This document shows, one piece after another, positions 1 to 11,695 of a stretch of 64,000 nucleotides of DNA. A model generated the notes under the pieces. The model was not told where the DNA came from and made no database searches. It worked only from the letters and a program-made list of their open reading frames with translations. The position numbers and the translations under genes were made by a program. Each line of letters opens with the position of its first letter. Within the stretch, counting starts at the first letter, position 1. Origin of the DNA: Carcharhinus longimanus (taxonomy: Eukaryota); contig JASCQW010000132.1 in assembly GCA_030264375.1 (NCBI GenBank), positions 89,949,275-90,013,274 of the forward strand, in the 5' to 3' direction.

Positions 1-164
1 ATGGAAAGATGCAGCAGTCTGAGATTTAAACCCACAGGATTGAAAGCAGAATGGGATACTGATAGAAGGAGGGCTGGAATAGGATGACCAACCAGCATCG
101 TGGCAACCCCAAGTAAAATGGGAGAAGCTGAAAGAAAAGTAGTGGGAGTCACGTTCTGCTGTAA

Positions 165-308
165 CTCCGAAGGTGACCTCCTGTGGCAGGTTCCCGAGTA
201 GCAGGACGGGTGAGCCTGGCAAAATTCCTTAGACATTGGCAGGACCAGAAGATCCCGCTGGCAGTTAATGGTGAGCCACACCACGAGCGTGCTGGAAAAT
301 CCCACCCA
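165..308. mobile_element. Harbinger-like MITE fragment (family B)
   Basis: Ends in TIR-like ggaaaatcccaccc. Internal gaagatcccgctggcag is shared with copies at 10440-10528 and 38216-38410. Confidence 0.55.
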
Positions 309-329
309 ATGTTAATGCTTCAGATCAAT

Positions 330-1785
330 TTTTATCAGAACAGGAGTTTTAAGCAATGAAAAGGGAGAGGACAAATGGGAAGTTATGCAATGGAGTGGAA
401 GACAGGAGAGATTAAATGGCAATAGAGTTGGTGGTACAGGGTCAAAGGGACAAGTAAAGAGGCAAATGATATGTCTACAGGAAGTGTGAGTGGCAGAATA
501 GTAGTCTTGTGGCTAAAGGTACAATGGCTTGCATCCCCACCTCTGAGTGAGGCAGGAGCTCTCGGTTTGAGTCCCACACCAATACATGATGGTCACAGAA
601 GGCACATTCAGAATATGGCCAAAAAGGTGGATTGTCAATACATCTAAGACAGGCAGTAAACGGAGAAGAGTTCCCTGGTCAGCCATAGCCTCCATGGCAA
701 GTGCCCTCCTTGCTTTGAGGGACTGTGAGAAAGTGGAAATGGCAGACTGACAGCTGCCATCTGAAAGCAGACAGGTGAGAGACAAGCATAGAACTGAAAC
801 ATACAAGAAAATGGAATTAAACTGGAGGTAGAGTTTATGGTCTGAAATTTTTGAACTCTGTGGCAACTGGACAATTGTAAAGTTGTAAAGTGCCTAATTG
901 AAAGATGTGGTGCTGTTCCTCGAGTTTTATTGAGTTTTTTGTTGGCTCACACGTGTGGATTGAATGAAGATGTTTCACAAAGAAGACCGTGATTTCTTTC
1001 CCCGATATTGAGCAGACTGCTGAGCAGTGAAGATATTATGGTAAATTGAAAGAAGTACGTGCAAACCGCTGCTTTTACCTGGGAGCAGTGTTTGAGGCCT
1101 TGGACAGTGAGGAAGAAGGAAGTGACAGGGTATACGATGCATCTCCTAGGCTTGCCTGAAAGATGCCACGGGAAGGGGTGGGGTGTTTGGATGAGTAAGG
1201 AGTAGCCTAAGATGTTATGAAGGGGAGAGGAAGATGTGTTTGATGCTAGCATTGTGATAGAGAAGCTGGAAATGAGGCAGGAAGATTTGTTGAATACGGA
1301 GGCTGGTGGCTGTAAGGCAAGGTCAAGAGCAGCTCTATCATGGCTCTGAGGGGAGAGTAAAGTGTGGGAGGGTTGGCGGTGAGAGGATGCATCATCAGAA
1401 CGGATGTGATGGAGGTGANNNNNNNNNNNNNNNNNNNNNNNNNNNNNNNNNNNNNNNNNNNNNNNNNNNNNNNNNNNNNNNNNNNNNNNNNNNNNNNNNN
1501 NNNNNNNNNNNNNNNNNNAGAACGGATGTGATGGAGGTGAAGGAACTGAGAGAATGGAGTAGATACCTTGCAGGGTGTAAGTGCAATCAAGATAGCGATG
1601 GTTCTGTTGGCTTATAATAAATAATTATGGCTTTATCCCTAAAAATGGAACATAGAAGTTAAGGAAGAGAAGGAAAGAGTCAGCGAAGGAGCGTGTAAAG
1701 ATGAGCAAAGGGTGGAAATTAGAAATAAAATTGATGAATTTTTCTACTTGAGGATGAGGCAGGAAACAGCACCAACACACTCATC
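330..1785 (-). mobile_element. Degenerate Penelope-like element (RT C-terminus plus GIY-YIG endonuclease region)
   Basis: Minus-strand translations give EKFINFISNFHP, CKVSTPFSQFLHLHHIRS, RRCIVYPVTSFFLTVQGLKH...LLNIGE and KLEEQH, typical of vertebrate PLE RT/GIY-YIG proteins. Many stops and frameshifts. Confidence 0.8.
509..760 (+). mobile_element. Possible old tRNA-derived SINE inserted in the PLE
   Basis: A/B-box-like head tggctaaaggt...ggtttgagtccc interrupts the PLE sequence. Confidence 0.35.
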
Positions 1786-2000
1786 GGCCACCCGTCATTT
1801 TAATGCTTCACCTTGCTCTCAATCTGACCTCTCTGCCCTTGGCCCACTGCAGTGTTCCAGTGAACCTCAACATAAAACAGCAGCTTTGACCAGCTCTGAC
1901 GAAAAGTCATCCAGACTCAAAACATTGGCTCTATTCTCTTCTCACAGTTGCTGTCAGTCCTGCTGAGATTTTCCAGCATTTTCTGTTTTATATTAATCAA
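1786..2000 (+). mobile_element. Penelope-like ORF 3' end and pseudo-LTR, inverted relative to the adjacent body
   Basis: RHFNASPCSQSDLSALGPLQCSSEPQHK, then ctgacgaaaagtcatccagactcaaaac...cctgctgagattttccagcattttctgttttt, the pLTR with a hammerhead-like core. Confidence 0.75.
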
Positions 2001-2040
2001 CAGCTCTTCTTTCACCTGGACACTTTATCAGCTTCTCCCA

Positions 2041-2366
2041 GAAATCATAGAAACCCTACAGTGCAGAAAGGGGCCATTCGGCCCATTGACTCTGCACCGA
2101 CCACAATCCCACCCGGGCCCTACCCCCATATCCCTACGTATTTTACCTGTTAACCCCTCTAACCTATGCATCTCAGGACTCTAAGGGACAATTTTAGCAT
2201 GGCCAATCAACCTAACCCACACATCTTTGGACTATGGGGGGAAACCCACGCAGACACAAAGAGAATGTGCAAACTCCTCACAGACAGTGACCCAAGTCAG
2301 GAATCAAACCCAGGTCCCTGGAGCTGTGAAGCAGCAGTGCTAACCACCGTGCTACCGTGCCACCCC
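2041..2366 (-). mobile_element. HE1/V-SINE with CR1-type tail
   Basis: Reverse complement gives the tRNA-like head gggtggcacggtagcacggtggttagcactgctgc, the V-domain and the tail ctgcactgtagggtttctatga. Confidence 0.9.
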
Positions 2367-2659
2367 AAATTCTGCATTCACCATTGAGTTCAATAATTTC
2401 AGACTGTAAATTCTGCTCCCATCTTGATTCTTTTCTCTTTGCTTATTTCAGTGTCACTCTTATTTTTCTCCTGAGTTTGCTATTCATCACTCTCATTCAC
2501 AGCTCCTCCTGACATATCTTTTGTTCCTTTACTTTTCCACTTGCCACTCCTTTAGGTCTTGCATCATCAACTGTTTTCTCATTTAATTTCTCCCACCTAT
2601 TACAAACCTTCCCTTTTGTTCTTCTTCCACCCTCCCCCATTTTACTTGCTCAATAAAGT

Positions 2660-2930
2660 TACAGTTTATTTATTAGTCACAAGTAAAGCTTACATTAATG
2701 CTGCAATGAAGTTACTGTGAAATTCCCTGAGTTGCCACACTCGGCTCCTGTTCGGGTCGATGCATTTAACCAGCACATCATTGACACTGAGAGAGGAAAC
2801 CGGAGCACCCAGAGGAAACCCATGCAGATACAGGGAGAACATGCAAACTCTGCATAGACAGTGACCCAAGCTGGGAATCAAACCCAGGTGCCTGGCAGCA
2901 ATGCTAACCACTGTGCCACCATGCCGCCCC
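2660..2930 (-). mobile_element. V-SINE with alternative (type 2) tail
   Basis: Same tRNA-like head. The tail reads cacagtaacttcattgcagcattaatgtaagc...gtgactaataaataaac on the minus strand. Confidence 0.85.
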
Positions 2931-3060
2931 AATACTTATTACATTTTTTAACTTTTTCCACTTCAATGAAAGATAATTGATCTAAAAACTCTGTTCCTCT
3001 CTCCACAGATGCTACCTTACCTGCTGAGCATTTCCAGTACTTGTATTTTCTTTCTAATTC
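2931..3060 (+). mobile_element. Penelope-like pseudo-LTR fragment
   Basis: ctctccacagatgctaccttacctgctgagcatttccagtacttgtatttt resembles the pLTR at 1940-1990. Confidence 0.6.
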
Positions 3061-3850
3061 CTGCCACACTTTTTCACCATTTCACTTTTTTTAGGTGCCT
3101 AATCTATTACTTTTTAATTTAATTTAGAATTAAAGGGATGGTCTTTAAACTATGATTCTGCTATTTGAAAGCATGGAGGAAAATTCTACAGGGGTGAAGG
3201 GAGAGACTAGAGAAGTTCTCTGGAAAATAGACCACTGGCTGTGAGACTACGGGATTCCAACCCTTTACCTTTTAGCACAAACCTGCCTGTACGCTCTTCA
3301 CAGAAGCTAGCAATGTCATGGTCCTGCAGTCAAAATGTATGCTTCTTCCCTTAATGTAACAAACACAAACTGGAATCGATTCACATGACATACCCTTGAC
3401 TGCAGAAGATGGCTGTAATTGCATTCGGATAATGCCGGTGTCACTTAATTCTGGACACTAGAACTATCTTTGTCTCAGCCCTTCCCTTTCCACTTCTGTG
3501 CTTTACTGCTGCATTTGTGCTATATGCTAATTGTTGAAGTTCCTGCTAGTTCTGTTCATTTTGAAATTGACCTACTTAGGCAGTGAAAAGTGAGGTGAGC
3601 ATTTTAAATTGAATTTTCTCTGACCCGAATGTATGAGCATTCAAACAGTGTGCACACACACATTGCAATTCCTTCATGCATGCTTGATTTCAAGTAAAAT
3701 ACCTTCCCTTTAGTATAGGTGACCAGAATATTTGCAAAAGGATATGCTGTTTCTTAACTACCTAGATTAAAATCTTCCTCTGCTGGATTTCCTAGTCTTA
3801 TTTCTGCACACTGGTGGCTCAAAACTATTTTCAACTTCAATTCTAAATGT

Positions 3851-4180
3851 CAGCACAGTAGTTAATGCTGCTGCCTCACAGCACCAGGAACTGGGTTCAA
3901 TTCCAGCCTTGGGTGACTGTCTGTGTGGACTTTGCATCTTCTCCCCATGTCTGCATGAGTTTCCTCTGAGTGCTCGGGTTTCCTCCCACAGTCCAAAGAT
4001 GTGCAGGTTAGGTGGTTGGCCATGCTTAATTGCCACTTAGTGTCCAGAAATGTGTAGATTAGCAGGATGGATGCATGGGGTTGCAGAAATGGGGTGGGGG
4101 TTGGCCTGGATGGGATGCTTTATCACAGAATCAGAGCAGACATGATGGGCCAAATGTCCTCCTTCTGCACTGTATGGAAT
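3851..4180 (+). mobile_element. HE1/V-SINE with CR1-type tail
   Basis: cagcacagtagttaatgctgctgcctcacagc...gggttcaattcc...gggccaaatgtcctccttctgcactgtatggaat. Confidence 0.9.
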
Positions 4181-5149
4181 GTTTGTAAAATAGTTCAATA
4201 AACCTATGTCGGTCCTTGTAATGCCTACTCTACCTGTTTTTAACTGAGTAAGGCACTTAATGAAACAGGAATAGTAGCAACATCTGCCGACGAACACTTA
4301 GCGCATACAATCAGTAAAAAAACTAACAGGATGATGTACACAAATATATTCACATTGCTTCTATATACACATAATGAAATTTCCCACAGACACTGTCATA
4401 CAAAACATGCGCACGTAGGAGATAGAATTTCCAACCGTGGAAAAGAGCTTGGTTATGCACTGGATTAAAAGTGCATGAAGAGAATCATCTTATTGTTACT
4501 TGCCAGGGTCTTTTCACGAAGTAGAGGTTAGTGAAACATAACAATAATAAGCAAACATACACATTGAAAGAATGCAGCATCTGGTTAAAGGATGCTTTAC
4601 AGGCAAGTATGGGAGTTAGCAATAATTGGTTTTAGGGTCGCACTTGTCTAGATGCAGGAGTATAGCAACACTTCTAGCTGAGCAACATCTCTCCCTAATT
4701 GCTTTGGACTCAATCCATTCAGATACAGCCCAAATTATGATAGGCCTGAAATATAGGGGAAAGCCTGGAGGAACTGTTATGAATGATGTTTTAGGTGGTA
4801 TTCTTGGAAGTATAGAAATAGTGTGTTAGTTTTCAGCCAGCAACCTGGCATTTGGCCAGAGCCCCAGTTTTGTTGGGAGCTGTCAGAAATTGCAATCTTT
4901 TACTCAAAGCTCTGTGTTTTTTTTATATCAATTCTGACTTGATTGGTCATAATTGTCATCATGTTTGAATTTTCAAATTACCACCGCTGAAAAAGCTGAA
5001 GTCTTCTTTTCAGCTGTATAAGGACTTTAACAATGTTAAATGCCTGGACCCTGAGTGGGACGGACAAGAATAGCAGTTTCTTCTAACGTATAAAGTCTCT
5101 GATTATCTCTTGTTTGAAAAGTTACACACTTCAGTTTCTGCCTATTATT

Positions 5150-5990
5150 GTGATTGGCATCCTTCCACCTCTGAGGAATGATGGGAATGCAGCCTTGGTG
5201 AGGTTGGATCAGATCATTGGCTGCACTTGTTTAGTCTGCCACATATGAAGTTGTCCTTCCTTGGTAGGACCCGATGGTCTCTGCTGATACCTTATTTACA
5301 GGGTTGATATCTGCCTTGGAATTTCTGAAACCACATTGTCATGGCGATGAATTCTGCCCACAGCTTGTGTTGCCATTTGTGTCGATAATCAGCTGGAGTT
5401 TCCCTACTTGTGATTAATGTTGAAGACTTTCATTTCTTTTTTGAAATCATTAAATTGGAGCTTTGAGTGCCATGCTAGTCTGTTTTCATATCCTCCCAGA
5501 ATGGCATATCCTTGGGGATGTGACCATTTCCATCCTATGCACACGTGTGAGTCAGCAAAGCCTTCTTTATTTGGCATCACGCTAGCATCATTAGCGTGTT
5601 TTCCCCAGAAAGGACTGCTTTATTGATGTCTTTACTTTTCCATGTGGTGTTGAGGATGTATCACAGTCAAAGGAGTTATTGAACCTTTTTCGTGGTAGAT
5701 GTAAGTTGTTCAGGCTTCGCTGCCATATAGCAATTTGCTGAGGATACAGGCCTTCTAGATAAGCACCCTGACTTTGAATGTCAGCTTGTTGTTTTTCCGT
5801 TGCCCATTTTAGTTTTTGTCCGAAATTGGTGGCTGCCTTCCACTGTGTGCTCTCAGGTCTTCATCAAGGGAAAGGTTGTCTGTCACCATAGATCCAAGGT
5901 AGCATAATTTGAGTGCTTCCAGTATTGAGTCTGATCAAAGCTGGAGACGCGCTTGTTACATAGTTACAGTTTTCCTGCCGCTCTTGGTGA
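5150..5990 (-). mobile_element. Degenerate RTE-clade LINE fragment
   Basis: Minus strand gives CYLGSMVTDNLSLDEDL and NNKLTFKVRVLI*KACILSKLLYGSEA*TTY, the RTE RT C-terminal signature. Confidence 0.75.
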
Positions 5991-6344
5991 GGGATGATAA
6001 ATGTGAATCCTCCCAACATCTAGCCTGAAAGTTAACTCCAGTTTTCCTGAAAACATGCTCATGGAAAACAGAATTGACTTGTTGCTTTGATCTCTTTTCA
6101 CATTCTGACAGCTATTGAAATAAATATGGTGCACAACAAGTATTTTTGTAGTGTGTCCTTAGATAGTTTCCTCTCTGAAACCCCCACTTTCACCTAGCAC
6201 AGCTCATCTGCTTTCTGGAACTGTCCCAGGTTAGAGTACTTTCTTGCTCCCAAAATAGCTTAACTAGTAAACTAACTGATCCTTTGTTGTGGGCAGACAG
6301 GAACGCTTTACTTTGTCTGTAATTTAATTCCTCCCTGACAGCCA

Positions 6345-6592
6345 AAGATACTAAGTCTGAGGTCATGCACCAATTGAACAGCTTCTTCCCTGCTGCCGTC
6401 AGATTTTTGAATGAATCTACCTTGCATTAAGTTGATCTTTCTCTACACCCTAGCTATGACTGTAACGCTACATTCTGCACCATCTCCTTTCCTTCTCTGT
6501 GGATGGTATGTTTTGTCTGTATAGTGTGCAAGAAACAATACTTTTCAATGTATGCTAATACATTTGACAATAATAAATCAAACCAAATCAAA
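6345..6592 (+). mobile_element. Rex1/Babar-like LINE 3' end
   Basis: NSFFPAAVRFLN ORF end, then a 3' UTR and a (caaat)-like tail. Homologous to copies at 28641, 29784, 60360 and 61140. Confidence 0.75.
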
Positions 6593-6641
6593 CATAATGA
6601 TTTGATTATCACCAAGAGGCACTGCTACCTTCAGTGTTGAG

Positions 6642-7350
6642 TAGGATGGCCATTTCCAAAAAGAAGGACATTGCAAACTCACAGACACACACAGGCTCTA
6701 GCCACCTGTCAACAACAACATCCGCTCAGCCAGCCGCCCTGTGTTGCGTCATCATCGGAAAACAGCCGAGCACACCATTGCGTCATCCTCGACAGCCACT
6801 CCCCACCTCCCGTGTCAGCTTTGGCCAGCCCCCGGAAATAGCAGAAGATCTCCGGGAGAACCGCTCCGACTGATTCCATCCACCACCACCGCCCCCCCCA
6901 CTGCGTCACCTTCAGCAACGTGCCGGCTCAGACCAGAACACCATTGCGTCACCATCCGAGTTCCCCTCGACTCATCTTCGGGTCCCTCCAGAAACAACCG
7001 AGCGCTTGGACACTCGCCCATTGTTTCAGCTTCAGCAAGCGCCTCCACACAGCTGAGAACATCACCACCCACTCAAGCACTCCCGACTCATCTTCAGCCA
7101 CCGATTGGAATAAGCCAAGGGCGCTGCGTTCCGACCTAGCATTGCGTCATCTTCGGAGGTGCGGAGGTTGCATCACTGGCCTTTGGGCACTCCATGGAAC
7201 GAAGCTGACTTTGGAAATCCTCCTGAAAGAGCCGAGTGCCTGCCCTTTTTTAGTCAGACCCAAAGAAGGACAAATTAACATCTGGCTTGAGGTGNNNNNN
7301 NNNNCAAAAGCCAGACTGTCCAGCCTGAAGCCGGACGTCTGGCCCCCCTA
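6642..7350. mobile_element. Non-autonomous hAT-type (Blackjack-like) DNA transposon
   Basis: Imperfect TIRs TAGGATGGCCA ... TGGCCCCCCTA with subterminal ggaca/tgtcc. Flanked by an 8-bp TSD gtgttgag (6634-6641) / gtgttcag (7351-7358). Confidence 0.75.
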
Positions 7351-7818
7351 GTGTTCAGTAGAAGAGAATATTTTGGCGATGATGTTTGGGTAATTGGGCA
7401 TATAACGCACTGGTGTAAATAGAAGTGTAACTTGTAAAATAAGTCATCAACATGCTTTGTTAATTACACAAACTGGTTTCAGCCAGTTCTGCAGTTATAA
7501 TATTTTAGGCTGTAAATTTTGTGATTTTGAGAGTAGGCACTGATGCCTGTGGCGCATCCTCAGCATCTCATAGAAGGACAAAATGGTGAATGTGACAGTC
7601 GTTCACAGAGACGTTCCTCCTAGATATGTGAGCACTCAGCAGATAGAGGTGACTTTGTTGGCTTAAGCACATTTTGCAGGATGAAACCAGATGCATTCCC
7701 AAGGTATGCCTCATCGATAAGCAGATAAAGCCCAAAGCTTTGCTTCAAGGATATTTGCAAGCATGACATGATGGTCCTAAGCATCAGTTTTCACACATGA
7801 GAAACATTAACCAGGAGG

Positions 7819-8050
7819 AACATAAGAAATAGGAGCAGGAGTAGGCCATCTAGCCCCTCGAGCCTGCCCCGCCATTCNNNNNNNNNNNNNNNNNNNNNNN
7901 NNNNNNNNNNNNNNNNNNNNNNNNNNNNNNNNNNNNNNNNNNNNNNNNNNNNNNNNNNNNNNNNNNNNNNNNNNNNNCTCATTCTTCTAAACTCTAACGA
8001 GTACAAGCCTAGTTTATTCAGCCTCTCCTCATAGTTCAACCCTCTCAACT
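7819..8050 (-). mobile_element. CR1 LINE 3' end (spans N gap)
   Basis: gaacataagaaataggagcaggagtaggcc tail. Minus ORF gives GLNYEERLNKLGLYSLEFRRM. Confidence 0.85.
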
Positions 8051-8079
8051 CCGGAAGGAGAAGGAAGTGGTAACGTTAC

Positions 8080-8935
8080 CTGTGGAACAACATGCACCAC
8101 CATGATAATGAGTGGGAATCCTAGTGCATGAATCACAAAAGGTTGGAATGCAGCTATAGCAAGTAATTAAGAAAGCCAATAAAATGTTATCATTTAATAT
8201 GAGAGGAACTGAATACAAAAGGAGGGATATTGTGCTGAGCATTGGTAAGACCACATCTGGAGTACTATGTACAATATTTGTCTCCTTATTTAAGAAAGGA
8301 TGTAAATGTATTGGAAGCCATTCAAAAACGGTTTATCAGACTAATACCTGGAATGGGTGGATTGTCTTATGAGGAAAGTTTGGACAGGCTAGGCCTATAT
8401 CTTCTGAAGTTTAGAAGAGTAAGAGGTGACTTGATTGAAACATATATAGACTGGAATTTTACCGCCCTGCCTGCCCCGTGATCAGAGCGGGCAAGGGGTG
8501 GACAATGGGAAGGTCCATTGTCCTCAGGCAGGACGTTACAGTTTTGGGATGAGCAAGGCCTTAAAATTCCATCCATAAAATCCTGCGGGATATTTACAGG
8601 TTGATGTGGCAAGGATGTTTCACCTTGTGGGAGTGTCTAGAACTAGGGTCACTGTTTAAGAATAAGGGCTTGCTCATTTGAAATGGAGATGAGATGATTT
8701 TGTTTCTTTCGGAGGTTGTGGGTCTTTGGAACTCGCTTTCTGAACAGATGGTGGAAGCAGAGCGTTTGAATATTTTCAAGGATGGATAGATTCTTGTTAC
8801 GCAAGGTGCTGATAGATTATCGGGCGTAGGTGGGATGCAGATTTGAGATTCCTCTCATATCAGCCATGATCATCTTAAATGGCTGAGAAGGCCCAAAAGG
8901 CTAAGTGACGTAATTCTGCTCCTTGTTCATATGAC
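8080..8935 (+). mobile_element. CR1 LINE RT C-terminus and 3' UTR (interrupted by a MITE)
   Basis: VRPHLEYYVQYLSPYLRKDVNVLEAIQKRFIRLIPGMGGLSYEESLDRLGLY...RGDLIETY. Confidence 0.9.
8449..8574. mobile_element. 126-bp Harbinger-like MITE (family A)
   Basis: TIRs gactggaattttac / ttaaaattccatcc and a 3-bp TSD ATA. Splits the CR1 coding sequence just after the IETY codons. Confidence 0.8.
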
Positions 8936-9610
8936 ATTTCCAGCACTTCTTACATGATTCCTTCACACTATTTCCCATTCTGCATGATCATCTCATAGTG
9001 TATTCCATATTGCAACAATGATCTTGTGATTATAATGTCATGGATTCTCCCTTCTCTATGTTAGTGCAGTTCTGGTGTCAATTTAAAACAATCTCTGACA
9101 TCCAACATGAGGAATGATACGCAGCAGGCTAAGCAGCCAATCATATTACAGTGTCCTCACAGGCAGCAAACCAGGAAGTAAAAACCACTGATTATCCTTA
9201 ACTTTTTAATCCTTCATAAACAGCGGAATTAAGGATTGGGACATACACATGAGATGGGGTAGAAGCTGAAATAGCCTACACATTTCACGCGATAAAGTAT
9301 ATTTTAAAAATGCGTGTACTTTTTATTAACGTAAAACTTGACATTCCACAAATATAAAGTTAAAATTTCAGGGTCAAAGAGGTAATTCCTCTGTAATTAA
9401 CAATTTAGAACTTGGTTAAAAACCCAGTTACACCCCACTGAATAAGGTCTAACTTTTTCCAGAGTTTTTAAGAATGAGACTAATAGCCTGATCCTGGACA
9501 TTCAAGTCAGATCAAGTGATTTCAAAAGGTTTCCATCTGCAGAGACTTTGAGTGCAGCATGTGGAGGAACAAGGCATCGCTGACAGCAAATTTTGGATGC
9601 CTGGATTCTG

Positions 9611-9893
9611 GGGTGGCAATAGTGGTTAGCGCTACTGCCTCTTGGAACTAGAGACCCGGGTTCAATTCCGGCCTTGAGTGACTGTGTGGAGTTTGCACAT
9701 TCTCCCCTTATCTGCGTAGATTTCTTCTGAGTTTTCTGGTTTCCTCTCTCAGTACAGGTTAGCTTGATTGTCCATGCTAAATTACCCTTACTTCCAGGAG
9801 ATAAGCAGGGTAATTGTGGGGTTACAGGGATTATTGACGATGCAGACTCAATGAGCCAAATGGCCTCCTCCTGCAATGTAGGGATTCCATGAT
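9611..9893 (+). mobile_element. HE1/V-SINE
   Basis: tagtggttagcgctactgcctc...gggttcaattccggcc...gtagggattccatgatt. Confidence 0.85.
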
Positions 9894-9899
9894 TTTGGT

Positions 9900-9985
9900 T
9901 TCTCTCTCTGCAGATGCCACCAGACCTGTAGAGTTTTTACAGCATTCTTTGTTTCAGATTTCAGCATCCACAGTATTTTGCTTTA
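9900..9985 (+). mobile_element. Penelope-like pLTR fragment
   Basis: cagatgccaccagacctg...cagcatccacagtattttgcttt. Confidence 0.55.
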
Positions 9986-10439
9986 AAGAAAAGTTGTTAA
10001 TTCACCCTTCCAATCCAGCTACATAATTAGAAGTTTTGCATCTAACATGCATCTTTATATCATATATTTCAGCAAATAATGATATATCTCATTAGCACAA
10101 TCACTGGAAATCACTTGGGAAGAAGAACAAATGTATTTGCTTCTAAAGCAAATTTCACAAATAACATTCAAAATAAATCTTGTGAAGTCCTGTAAATGAA
10201 AAGTAAGAAATATTTTCATCTATCAGACATTGCTTGAATTAATGTTTTGCCTTACTTTGATGGAAGGATTACTCTTTCGTTTAGGCTGCACTGGGGATCA
10301 TGTCAGATTGGACTGGTGAGAACATTTAGCAAGTTGTGGGTTCAATCCCCACAGCAGGCAATTAGTGGCTCATCTTTGGCCACCAGTGGCAACTTCCAGT
10401 CCTGCCAATGTCTGCAGCATTTTGTGTGGATTGCCTGTC

Positions 10440-10528
10440 TCATTTCCAGGGAACCCACCTTTGAGGTGGGGTTGCTTTGTTGGGACTGGAAGATCCTGCC
10501 GAAGGGAAGGGCCGGAAAATCCCACCCA
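10440..10528. mobile_element. Harbinger-like MITE fragment (family B)
   Basis: gggactggaagatcctgcc...ggccggaaaatcccaccc terminus. Confidence 0.55.
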
Positions 10529-11053
10529 GTGTTGTCAATTTGTTTCTTATAGCACCCTACTGTTTTGATAAATGTATAACAGTGATTTTTTTTAGACTTC
10601 TATTATGTGAGATATACACTTAAAGAGGTAGAAGTCTCGCATTTACATTAGTTTGACTTGGTTCGTGAATAATGAAGTGTTGAATTTACTCATATTTGCA
10701 AATAGCTGATACATCACGATTACCATGAATGTATATTCTTAAACTTTTTAGGTCCACTTGGCATGGAAGTGGTTCTGTAAATGTGCCAGTTCCCTTGGTG
10801 TGGAACCTGCCTACTTACACTGCAAATGGAATTTGGCAGCAATACAACAACTGTCACTTCAAATGGAATTTGCATGTGCAACACTGAACTGAAGGGTGAA
10901 AGGGGTACCTTTTGTGTGAACAATACATTTAAACTGGAAAACCTATCCCTTCCATAACTTCAACTGAGTTCATATGTTATACACTTTCAAGGATAGCATG
11001 AGACATACAGATGCTTTCTTTTCTTCACACTACCTTGTTAACGAGGGCAATAT

Positions 11054-11133
11054 CACACATACACACACACACCCCCTACATACACACATAGACACACACA
11101 CACACCCCCTACACACAGACACACACACACACA
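11054..11133. repeat. Interrupted (CA)n microsatellite
   Basis: Visible CA runs with a duplicated cacaccccctaca unit. Confidence 0.9.
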
Positions 11134-11334
11134 TTGCTAACTGGCTAGATCTGTTTAGAGCTAAAATATTACAAAGGGAAGGGGATGTCTGGACAACTTA
11201 AAATAATATGGTGGAAACTGTTTTTTAAAAAAACAAAGCTTAGATGGTCTTGGCTTCAAATTGGCAGAACAAGTCTGATTCTATACAATTCGCTCTGCCA
11301 GTATTTTATTCAACCTGACCCACTAATGTTCTTA

Positions 11335-11477
11335 AAAAGCAAAATACTGCAAATCTGGAAACCCGAAGCAAAAACGGAAACTGCTGGAAAAACTCAAGCA
11401 GGTCTGGCAGCATCTGTGAAGAGAGAAACAACTGCGGCCAGACCCACTGAGATTTTCCAGCGTTTCTGTTTTTTATC
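11335..11477. mobile_element. Two Penelope-like pLTR pieces in opposite orientation (imperfect palindrome)
   Basis: gcaaaatactgc...ctgctggaaaaactcaagcaggtctggcagcatctgtg (minus pLTR) joined to gccagacccactgagattttccagcgtttctgtttt (plus pLTR). Confidence 0.65.
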
Positions 11478-11695
11478 CCACTGGTGTTTTTAATTACCTT
11501 ATAAATTGTTGCTGCATTTTGAACTTGGTAAACAGGATGACTTTCAGAATTTTGGCTCTCAAATGAAGAACATTCCTTTCCCTTCACACTGTATCTTGGT
11601 ATAACATTGAGAGCAAACTATTCAGTTTTATTGTGGGTTGACTGAAGAAGAAAGCATTTCACTTCATTGTACCTTCTGTATTAATTCCTATTGCT

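Noticed and set aside
3851-3910. tRNA genes at SINE heads
   Set aside because: The A/B boxes continue into the V-domain and a LINE-derived tail. No complete cloverleaf is present.
6634-7351. Overlapping ORFs, or a CpG-island promoter of a separate gene
   Set aside because: The ORFs arise from high GC content and have no recognisable domain. The region is bounded by TIRs and a TSD, so it is a transposon.
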